The notes below the pieces were generated by a model. It did not search any database and had not been told where the DNA came from. It saw only the letters and a list, made by a program, of their open reading frames with translations. DNA of 64,000 nt from a virus. Numbering within the stretch: position 1 is the stretch's first letter; each line of letters begins with the position of its first letter. This document shows positions 53,701 to 61,296 of the stretch, piece after piece. The stretch lies in the IMG/VR virus record IMGVR_UViG_3300027896_000011, positions 103,998 through 167,997 of that record. The stretch is one strand, 5' to 3'. The translations under genes were made by a program, and so were the position numbers.

Positions 53701-54381
53701 GCTGGGCTTGGAGGTTTGGCGGATTTAATTGGTAAAGGCAATGTTGGTCAAAGTGCTCCAGATATTGTAAATGCGGCAATGGCTGCAGTAGAAGGAGTTA
53801 CTGATCCAAAGCAGTTAGCACGTGCAGCTGCATTGTTAAAAGAATCGGGGGCAGTAGGTGCTGGTTTTATAGAACAGGCAATTGGAGGTAGAGCACATAA
53901 ACTTAGTATTAGTAAGTCACTTAAAGGGCATAGAGGTATAAGTGCTACTGATCTTGATTATGTAGGTAAAAGTTTACTGGGTAGGGAGTTTACTCCTGAT
54001 GAACTTAAAAAATCGTTAGGAAGTAAGGGTGGGGAGTATATTAAACATTTTGTTGCTGGTGAAATAAGTACAAAGCATATAGATGCTCAACAAGGAAAAA
54101 TATTAGAAGAGTTTCTACAAGGTAGAAGACATGGGGATGGAGGAGTATATAGTGCTGTAGATAAAATAACTAAAGCGCATATGGTAGGTGCTTTAGGTGG
54201 TGGTGCTGAAGGGGCAAGAACATTAGCAGGAAGAGGTACTCTTCCTGGTATTCATACGACACTTTTAGATATTCTGTCTGCTGTAAAAAGCGATAAGAAA
54301 GAGCCACCGCAGGGTACTAATGCTGCTAATGGGTTCGATCCTGCGCCTAAAAAGGATTTTTCACCCCTCAAACCTGAGTAA
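50758..54381 (+). CDS. tape-measure-like tail protein
   Basis: 1207 aa, Gly/Ala-rich and helical; precedes baseplate-like genes. Confidence 0.6.
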   Translation: MPVYSGQTSGMISQQNQMFAGYGSYAGTFSPGAPPGMMNYGEPNSQQGPYGGAYPTFPTAQYEAGQHVLGGIHAALPTAIGAATFAGAFLPGFVGTSIGRLDPFQAALSGFGRASGVSRGIAGMGVMDSIGTMGANIGRIGAGGVGNVFRAGLTGIGGAAAASFLPLAGLAAVQHATGQMAEGAQFTGQVQRTLGQNFRFLNPQSQTGYGFSREQGAEIADTIRTMGNKDIMSSPQEMLRIMNQSIQGGLFRPVQDAKAFQEKFKEVVAAVKEIAKTFNTTLEGAMPFLQEGRRMGFWTPADIQRMAGSTLGTAKITGLSVAQVQQMQQQGADMARQVGAVGATGARGMTGSLGLVGGAIRGGVLSEQALSDMTGGLTGSDAIQAFAGQLQASATRFSASGTGRWLLAGLAGKDMRHLDKGKLAMLASGQISAGDLRGMAEKNVQGRGAAFRMGEEEMRGDLLEMGFEGQAGFLKGLVGDRLYGKSDMDKYVTRRLIQRFTGGTSKEADAKAEMLRNMEQTLRENKQNSEALFDQKARDQKELMDHSYEGLKRKVTLWWKSNIDDPLQEVGSKLSEDIGDTVESFSDKFWGRSPRALRNMGITSGMARAMRAGAFGDLKTERNTFASKQEMIDLFGKPQSGAVQERLLSTPGGRDSAKGYALLDATSGSLSAERAKALGYSSQDAASKGLATISEAWGTPGIIDALEASKSESAFSRGGDVVAAMSASKYVSAEAKKQFLGITAAQQEARVIASASLNIRKRGRLQTSEEAERVRKSVGLGSGQDDNTTEQKINERWDTALNKLGGDYVTQSPEERGYGLKGIIWGLKGNVRGVFEQLNDFGFGNNTLGNDVLLGSFVRAGTKVGTSNPKADVHKLMTSEDGEQFKGILGKLGRGDVEEASVEAAKLASKYYGKEGEEGKHKILNDIAHKENIEAYTELGKMQQARSTLQRDDTFQKRLGQVKSSLESHGDLAGVMEGLTGAGLGGLADLIGKGNVGQSAPDIVNAAMAAVEGVTDPKQLARAAALLKESGAVGAGFIEQAIGGRAHKLSISKSLKGHRGISATDLDYVGKSLLGREFTPDELKKSLGSKGGEYIKHFVAGEISTKHIDAQQGKILEEFLQGRRHGDGGVYSAVDKITKAHMVGALGGGAEGARTLAGRGTLPGIHTTLLDILSAVKSDKKEPPQGTNAANGFDPAPKKDFSPLKPE

Positions 54382-54609
54382 ATGAGGAATTGCAATATAA
54401 TGGCAAGAACTGAAGTAGTAAAGAATTACTCATTGGCTAACGGTAGACTGTTTACTGTTATTCTCCGGGATACTATTGTTCCGGAAGACCCATACATCAA
54501 TATGGCCAGAGCTAAAGCATTATCTCTGCGAACAAAAGAACCATATGATGCTGATAGAGTAGATCAAAGTGTAAAGCAGTATCTAATCAAAACGAATATC
54601 ACTGCTTAA
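54382..54609 (+). CDS. hypothetical structural-module protein
   Basis: ORF in operon. Confidence 0.55.
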   Translation: MRNCNIMARTEVVKNYSLANGRLFTVILRDTIVPEDPYINMARAKALSLRTKEPYDADRVDQSVKQYLIKTNITA

Positions 54610-54617
54610 AGGCAATT

Positions 54618-55910
54618 ATGGCTTTTATAGAAATACGTACAGATAGCTTCGCAAATAATCTAAAGGGCCTAAAATATCAAACTAGGCAAGCTGATACTCC
54701 TGTACGTAGACCTTTGCGTGGTATTGAGATCAAGGATGATAGATATGCCACTATTCGTATTCGTAGAGCTGATGGCACTGATATTCCATTAACAGACACT
54801 GGAGCGTTTAATGCCTCAGTATCAGGAACTGCAGCTCCTGCAGGTTCTAATATTCCAGAAAGTGGTCCTGTTTCCTCTAAGTCAGCTACGTCGGTAGTGT
54901 ATTCAAATTTTATTATAGAGAGTATTTTAGATTCCCGGCAAGAGAAGACTCAAATTATGGAGACTTTTGGGGAACCTTATATATTCTTTTTTGGTGAACA
55001 ACCTAGAGTTTTACAAGTCAGTGGTATCCTTTTTAATACACTAGATTTTAATTGGCGTACTGAGTTTTGGGATAATTATGAAAAACGTCTAAGAGGCACT
55101 AAACTAGTAGAGCAAAATGCCAGGATGTACCTTCACTGGGATGATATTATTGTGGAGGGGTATCCGTTAGGTGCTCAGGCATCTGAAGTGGCGGATATGC
55201 CGTATCATGTACGTTTTTCATTTACTCTGTTTGTTACTAATCACACTTATTTAAGTAATATAGAAAGTAATGATTATCCAATGCATATTGGTGCTTCAAA
55301 TCCAGATATGATGGCTGGTATTGCATCAAATCCTAATAATGCTGGTACACTGGATGGAACGGCTGCTACTAAAGGTATAGCTAATTTAACGAATTTGGGG
55401 AAAGCTGCTGGTTTAGCTCTTACAGCAACAGCGTTAGTTGAGGGTATGAATACTATGACTGGTACGAATACTAAGACTAAAACCCCTAGTACAAGTATAA
55501 TGAAGCAAGCTCTAAACCTTGGTCTTTTTTCGGCTAGTATGACGTTTATGAATGTAGTAGCTGAGTACTTTAGTAATAAACGAATAGCGCACCCAAAGAG
55601 AACGTTGAAATGGCGTTCTAAGATAAGTGATAACTTTGATGAGTATATTAAGAATGGTGAGATGGCCACTCAATGGTCTCCGGCATGGGATGAAGACTAT
55701 ATACGTTATATGCAAATTCGACAGCAAACGTTAGATACCTATTATAAGGTTAGCTCTGTAGTTCAGACCACTTTAACTACTACAGGTATAGACCCGATAA
55801 CACTTACAACAAATGTGATCAAGTCTCCTTTTACTGGTAGAGGCCACGTAATGACTACAACTGGAAAGGCTACAGCCAATGTTACTGCGTGGAATACCAC
55901 TAAGCCTTAA
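54618..55910 (+). CDS. putative tail-tube-initiator/baseplate protein
   Basis: QEKTQIMETFGE.YIFFFGE.PR motif; position after the tape measure gene. Confidence 0.5.
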   Translation: MAFIEIRTDSFANNLKGLKYQTRQADTPVRRPLRGIEIKDDRYATIRIRRADGTDIPLTDTGAFNASVSGTAAPAGSNIPESGPVSSKSATSVVYSNFIIESILDSRQEKTQIMETFGEPYIFFFGEQPRVLQVSGILFNTLDFNWRTEFWDNYEKRLRGTKLVEQNARMYLHWDDIIVEGYPLGAQASEVADMPYHVRFSFTLFVTNHTYLSNIESNDYPMHIGASNPDMMAGIASNPNNAGTLDGTAATKGIANLTNLGKAAGLALTATALVEGMNTMTGTNTKTKTPSTSIMKQALNLGLFSASMTFMNVVAEYFSNKRIAHPKRTLKWRSKISDNFDEYIKNGEMATQWSPAWDEDYIRYMQIRQQTLDTYYKVSSVVQTTLTTTGIDPITLTTNVIKSPFTGRGHVMTTTGKATANVTAWNTTKP

Positions 55911-55913
55911 CCA

Positions 55914-58900
55914 ATGTCTATAGGGCACAAACTAGGATTGCGTTTATTTATGGAGGGTATTGAGGTACCCGTCATAAGTGCGCAAATTCAATGTATTGCA
56001 GATGCTACTGCTGCGGCTTCTATTCAGATCATAGCTACAGATAAAGCATTAGAGTTTATGCCCCGCACTATGGTGCACCTATTTTTCTATGATTTTATAG
56101 GTGCTGAAATGTCTGGGGGAGCTGTTACTACAGATCAAATAGAGTTTGATTATAAACAGTATAAACTGTTGTTTATGGGGGAGGTACAAGGATTTTCATT
56201 TGCTAAGTCAGCAGGCAGCAGATCTGTTATGCTTAATTGCGTAGACTTCTCTTGTTATTGGGACACTACTTATCAGTATAACTTCCAAGGGCAATTACTC
56301 GGTGGGCGTAGAGAAGCAGCATTTATAGGTGCTAATGCTAATTTGTTCACTGGGGTGCTTGGTCATGGTGTTGGATTTATTTCAAGATTATTATCAGGAA
56401 AGCCTGTCAGCTTCCCACAATTAGAAGGGTTGCTTGGTGGGATTATCCATGTTCTCGAGGCTATAGGCGGGGCGTATTATGGTGCAGATACATTTAAAGG
56501 TGCTAATGATTTTACTGCTTTAGCTGAACTTAGAATCAAACTACTTCAGCAAATTTGGGCAGCGGAAAAGGACACAAGTACTAAGAATCTTTTTAATCAT
56601 AAAACATTTAATATGTGGATGAACCGGGAGATTGGTGGGTTAGATAAGTTAGTTACTTTCCGGGGCTTAGTTCAGCTTATGCAGAGGTTTATATACCATG
56701 AGGTGTATCCTAACCCTGCAGCGTATTTTGTGCCTGGTGTAGAGGGATTAAAACGTCCAGGTACATCTATAACAGATATAGCTAAAGACCCAAGAACAGC
56801 TGCTTTTTGGGCGGATATGCAAAGAGTAGAAAAATCACGACAAGTAGCACAGTCAGGAATTAATGGAGCTAAAGAGGGGTTAGAGGTACCGAAAGAAACT
56901 ACTCAAGCTCTTCAAGAGATACAAAATATACTGGGAAAAGTAGCTCGTACTGTTCCTAATGTGCCGGGATTAGATCTGGTCAAAAACGTCACTATTATGC
57001 AAGATAGTCTTAAGTCTATTAACACGGCCTTATTTACGGGTAATAATTTCGAGCCAGACCCACAAAAGCTAAATAGTCCAAATGCTGCTGCTGCTAGTGA
57101 TGCATTAATGAGTTTGTATAATGCTTGGTTTACTATGTTTGATTCTAAGATCAAAAATAACATTGTTATTACATACAATAAATTAGATCGGATTAATAAT
57201 CAGTTATACCGTCCAGATATTTGGTTCGGAGCAGCTCCTAGATGTAATGTACTTTTCCCTGAAATGTATGAGTCCTTTCAATGGACTAGAAATTATTTGC
57301 GGGAAATAACTAGATTAGAGTTGCAATTAACACATGAGCTTCTTGGCGATGATGCTTTATTCAATCAACGTAACTATGCCCCTGACGTAGCTGATGTTCG
57401 TAAAGGGATAAAGCTTAGTAGCCGGAAGTTTAATAATTTCATCATGTACCATGAGTTGATGACAGGCATCATCCCTATGTACGAGAAGATGACTCAGGCT
57501 AATTTATTTGCCATGAAGTCTAAGGCTGTGTCTGCTTCCGGTGGTGATAAAGTTAGTTATGCGCAGAGAGCAGTCAATCATCAGTACTTCAAACATAGAT
57601 TTGCAGCAAGACAAATGAATGCGAATGGGCGGTTTAATCCTTGGTTCGTTCCAGGATTCCCTGCAGTCATAATTGATCGACCAATGACTATGAGTGACTT
57701 AGTTGATGCGGCACTTCCTATAGATCAATTATTAGCTAAATTAAAAGAACGTCCTGGGTTTGAAGACGTAACGGGAGACCCTAAGACAGGTACTCCACCT
57801 AGTAGAGCAAAGGTATTGAAAAATCTAGTAGGACCACAATACACGGGTGTTTGTGTTCAGTTAGCGCACTCTTTGTCTCAAGAGGGAGGAACAACTTCTT
57901 ATGCTTTCTCGGAGGCTAGAATACACCGGGAAAGTACAGAGTTCTTAGGAGTTGATAAGATATATACCTCTGTAGGGACCGGAAAGTTTGGTACAAAGCA
58001 TACTGTAGTAGCTTGCTTATCGGATAATATACCTAAGATAAAGGGTAGGGGTCCTTGTCATGGGGTTATTACAAAAGTATCTGAAGATCTTACATCTAAA
58101 TTTAATGGCCAAGAATTCCCAGTATACCCTGGTCCAGGAACGGCAACAGTAGGGGAATTTACAACAGGACCTAGTAACACAGAAGGACAAGTAGGGCCTA
58201 GTAATTTTTATCGAGCACGGAGGGTTACAGAAGAAGTAGAGGTGCGCAAGAAGATAGCCACAACTAGACCAATGGAAGATGCAATAGCTCCTCCATGGAT
58301 ATGGGATGGCTGGAAGAATCTCAAAATTGGAGAAACCTATAAGGAGATGATAGGAACGTACGCTATCACTGATGTTCAGGGTGTAATTTCAACGGAGTTG
58401 GTGGGCAACGCTCTATTGGCGGATAAAGAGTTACAAGCGTTATATGATACTGAGTTAGGGTATCAGACAGGTAGTGGGGCTTATTTAGATAAAGATAATA
58501 CAGGAGACTACCAATCAAGGCCAAGTGTGCCGGCGCAAGATAAAGTAGTTACGAATAGACGTAAAAGGAAAGGTAAGCAACCACCGCCTACTGTGTCTCA
58601 AGAAGCAGCTTCTGGAGAACTCAGTGCTGCAATGATGCTAGCTATAGATACTGATAAAACTATTGAAGCTAGTATTGATTTTCTTGTTCGTGTTTACAGC
58701 ATGGTGCGTACTGGAGGGTTTGATGTAGGTGAGTTTATACGTCAATACACTTGGCGTCCCATAGCCACTATTGATCAGATACTTGGTACTTCAGATCTGA
58801 TTATAGAGGAAGCATATAAAAATAATGGAAAAAATGGAGTCATTCAAGGAACAGAAGGATTCCATAGTAGAGCGTTTGGCAATGTGGCTGGGTTAGAAAA

Positions 58901-59060
58901 TTTAGTAAATGCTTCAGTGCATAAAGTACTAGGGTTATCTGTGGATAAAAATCATGCTACGTTAGTACGATTAGACAATCGAGCTCGAAAGTGGACAGCC
59001 GTAATGGCTTATGCTGACGAACTTGTTGGGGAAAAAGGTTCTAGAGGGCTACTTGGATGA
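55914..59060 (+). CDS. putative baseplate hub protein
   Basis: 1048 aa; LRLFMEGIEVPV...F.GEV...FNPW.VPGFP; synteny. Confidence 0.5.
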   Translation: MSIGHKLGLRLFMEGIEVPVISAQIQCIADATAAASIQIIATDKALEFMPRTMVHLFFYDFIGAEMSGGAVTTDQIEFDYKQYKLLFMGEVQGFSFAKSAGSRSVMLNCVDFSCYWDTTYQYNFQGQLLGGRREAAFIGANANLFTGVLGHGVGFISRLLSGKPVSFPQLEGLLGGIIHVLEAIGGAYYGADTFKGANDFTALAELRIKLLQQIWAAEKDTSTKNLFNHKTFNMWMNREIGGLDKLVTFRGLVQLMQRFIYHEVYPNPAAYFVPGVEGLKRPGTSITDIAKDPRTAAFWADMQRVEKSRQVAQSGINGAKEGLEVPKETTQALQEIQNILGKVARTVPNVPGLDLVKNVTIMQDSLKSINTALFTGNNFEPDPQKLNSPNAAAASDALMSLYNAWFTMFDSKIKNNIVITYNKLDRINNQLYRPDIWFGAAPRCNVLFPEMYESFQWTRNYLREITRLELQLTHELLGDDALFNQRNYAPDVADVRKGIKLSSRKFNNFIMYHELMTGIIPMYEKMTQANLFAMKSKAVSASGGDKVSYAQRAVNHQYFKHRFAARQMNANGRFNPWFVPGFPAVIIDRPMTMSDLVDAALPIDQLLAKLKERPGFEDVTGDPKTGTPPSRAKVLKNLVGPQYTGVCVQLAHSLSQEGGTTSYAFSEARIHRESTEFLGVDKIYTSVGTGKFGTKHTVVACLSDNIPKIKGRGPCHGVITKVSEDLTSKFNGQEFPVYPGPGTATVGEFTTGPSNTEGQVGPSNFYRARRVTEEVEVRKKIATTRPMEDAIAPPWIWDGWKNLKIGETYKEMIGTYAITDVQGVISTELVGNALLADKELQALYDTELGYQTGSGAYLDKDNTGDYQSRPSVPAQDKVVTNRRKRKGKQPPPTVSQEAASGELSAAMMLAIDTDKTIEASIDFLVRVYSMVRTGGFDVGEFIRQYTWRPIATIDQILGTSDLIIEEAYKNNGKNGVIQGTEGFHSRAFGNVAGLENLVNASVHKVLGLSVDKNHATLVRLDNRARKWTAVMAYADELVGEKGSRGLLG

Positions 59061-59074
59061 GGTAGTATACCTAT

Positions 59075-59317
59075 ATGACAAAGATTGGAAGACTCATACC
59101 CTTAGCGGAATTTGAAAAGACTGCAATTACTGCAGCACTTTCAAACTTTCCTCAACTTCGTCAGGGTAGACGACCTATCAGGGTTCATAATGCCTTGGCC
59201 TTAGAGAATCAACGGGATAGAGGAGACCCTAAAGCAGTAGAACTTGATAAGCCGGAAGAACGGGGAGTAGAGTATGAGGCGGGTTCTGGTATGGATACTA
59301 GTATGGGAATACCCTAG
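59075..59317 (+). CDS. small protein with an EFEKxA motif
   Basis: GRLIPLAEFEKTA. Confidence 0.6.
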   Translation: MTKIGRLIPLAEFEKTAITAALSNFPQLRQGRRPIRVHNALALENQRDRGDPKAVELDKPEERGVEYEAGSGMDTSMGIP

Positions 59318-59325
59318 GAGGGGCC

Positions 59326-59574
59326 ATGAGTACCGGAAGATTAATATCTAGAGGTGAGTTTGAGAAAGCTGCGGCACTCGGCATGGACCTACGCCAGAAT
59401 GGGAATGGTGGTGTAAAGAGACCTAATTTTGATACTGAAGACAATAAAGCAGTGTCTTTTGGTCTGCTTAGAAATAGTCAGGCAGTAGGTAAGTTTAACA
59501 ACATTGCTAAACCGCATAATCTAGTTAAGCCTGGACCATCTATTCAACAAGTAGCTCCTATACCTCCCACATGA
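59326..59574 (+). CDS. small protein with an EFEKxA motif
   Basis: GRLISRGEFEKAA. Confidence 0.6.
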   Translation: MSTGRLISRGEFEKAAALGMDLRQNGNGGVKRPNFDTEDNKAVSFGLLRNSQAVGKFNNIAKPHNLVKPGPSIQQVAPIPPT

Positions 59575-60335
59575 ATCCAGTAGAAGACTTTCTTAATTTC
59601 TGCGGCATAGAAAAGGTTGCCGTAGATGATCTGCGTGACATCCAGAGTAAAGAACTCGAGATGTGGCATACATGGAATAATAATGGGCGTACACAAGAAC
59701 ATATGCGCCCATTACTTAATTCTATGCGTCCGTTAATCCAAAAGCATATTAAGCAGTGGAGTAGTGTTCGAGACGTACCACCTGCAGCAATAAAAGCAGA
59801 GTTCACTAATCAGGCAGTAAAAGCACTTGAGAATTTCGATCCGAATAGGGGAGTTAAGCTCTCTACCTTTTTGACCGGCCAAATGAGACAAGCACAGAGG
59901 TTCATTACCACATATCAAAACACTGCCCGTATTCCAGAGAGTCGTGTTTATAGCGTAGGTAAATTGAACAATGCAGAGCAGCAGCTATCAGAGACGCTAG
60001 GAAGACCCCCAACACAATTAGAACTGGCAGATAAGCTTCAGTGGGAACCACGTAAAGTAGGAATACTACAGTCAGAAATAAAGAAAACATATCCAACAAG
60101 TCATTTTGCTTCTGATGCTGCAGCGTATACCCCATCTCGGCAACAAGAGATTTTTAGATTATTGCCGTATGAGCTATCTTCAGATGAACGTGCAGTGTTT
60201 GAACATATTTACGGATTAAATGGTAAACAACAACTTTCACCAGGGGCTATTGCAGTTAAATTGAATATGAGCGCCCCTAAGGTGTCTAGATTAAAAGCGG
60301 CTATAGCTGAAAAATACGAGAAGTATGTCAAATGA
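59571..60335 (+). CDS. sigma70-family RNA polymerase sigma factor
   Basis: KALENFDPNRGVKLSTF (region 2); LGRPPT..ELA (region 3); LSSDER...IA.KLNMS..KVSRL (region 4). Confidence 0.85.
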   Translation: MNPVEDFLNFCGIEKVAVDDLRDIQSKELEMWHTWNNNGRTQEHMRPLLNSMRPLIQKHIKQWSSVRDVPPAAIKAEFTNQAVKALENFDPNRGVKLSTFLTGQMRQAQRFITTYQNTARIPESRVYSVGKLNNAEQQLSETLGRPPTQLELADKLQWEPRKVGILQSEIKKTYPTSHFASDAAAYTPSRQQEIFRLLPYELSSDERAVFEHIYGLNGKQQLSPGAIAVKLNMSAPKVSRLKAAIAEKYEKYVK

Positions 60336-60559
60336 GCACTGAAGACGATCAATTAGCAGCGCGTAATAAGCGTTTAGATGATTTGAAGGCCGCTACAGAT
60401 AACTGGGCGGATAAGGAAATTACTAGGCTAAAAAATGAATCTGCGTTCTTAACCTCAATAATTAAGGGACGTACAGGAGCCGGAAAACTTACGTCTCAAA
60501 ATGTTACTGATTCTACTAAATTAACTGTGACTGCAATTAATCAATTTTTAACAGGTTGA
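60332..60559 (+). CDS. hypothetical protein
   Basis: ATGA-coupled. Confidence 0.6.
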   Translation: MSTEDDQLAARNKRLDDLKAATDNWADKEITRLKNESAFLTSIIKGRTGAGKLTSQNVTDSTKLTVTAINQFLTG

Positions 60560-60570
60560 GGAGAGATCAA

Positions 60571-60840
60571 ATGAGTGACCAGATAAACACATCAGAGAGT
60601 ACTGTTACTTTAGAACCGATTATGATCCGAGATATTGAAAATCTTATTTTATCCAAGCAATTAGTTGAAACTGAAACTAAGTTAGCACAGTTGATGGCAC
60701 AAGAAGTAGATCATAAGAGGCAGTCTCTACAAGCCGTAGAGGCAGCAATTATGATGAAGCTAGAAAAACAAGTAGGACGGAAATTATTAGGGAAGATTGA
60801 ATTGTTAGATAAGGAAGCAGGCCTATGTAGGCTTACTTGA
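60571..60840 (+). CDS. hypothetical protein
   Basis: RBS GAGGAG. Confidence 0.6.
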   Translation: MSDQINTSESTVTLEPIMIRDIENLILSKQLVETETKLAQLMAQEVDHKRQSLQAVEAAIMMKLEKQVGRKLLGKIELLDKEAGLCRLT

Positions 60841-60877
60841 GTAATACCACGGTTATAAGCCGTAGAAACGAGGCGAT

Positions 60878-61285
60878 ATGTCCTCTAGAAAAAAAAGTGA
60901 TACCCCAACTCCTACTACAAATGTCAATACATTTATGGAGCAGGTTTCTGATGAGAGACGTACGCGTTCTGAACAGCAAAACTCTGAAGTACACGATAAA
61001 ATTTGGATGGCATTAGGTGAGTATGGTGTTCAACTTAAGACGGTCACAGGTAAGATGGATCGTATTTATGGAGCATTGGCTATTTTAGTTATTATTTTGG
61101 GCGTAGGTATACCAGTTTGCTACTACGCGCTTAAAGGCGTAATAACGGAAGAGTTAGATAAACGAATACCACTTGTAAGTACTAAATGCTCTTCAGATTT
61201 ACAGAAGAAAGAAGCTAATGCTGTGGCAGTTATTGTGCCCGTAGTTCCTTGTACAATTGTTCCTACAGCGCAAGTTAGTAAATAG
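60878..61285 (+). CDS. single-pass membrane protein
   Basis: IYGALAILVIILGVGIPVCYY segment. Confidence 0.6.
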   Translation: MSSRKKSDTPTPTTNVNTFMEQVSDERRTRSEQQNSEVHDKIWMALGEYGVQLKTVTGKMDRIYGALAILVIILGVGIPVCYYALKGVITEELDKRIPLVSTKCSSDLQKKEANAVAVIVPVVPCTIVPTAQVSK

Positions 61286-61296
61286 GGGGGATATTA

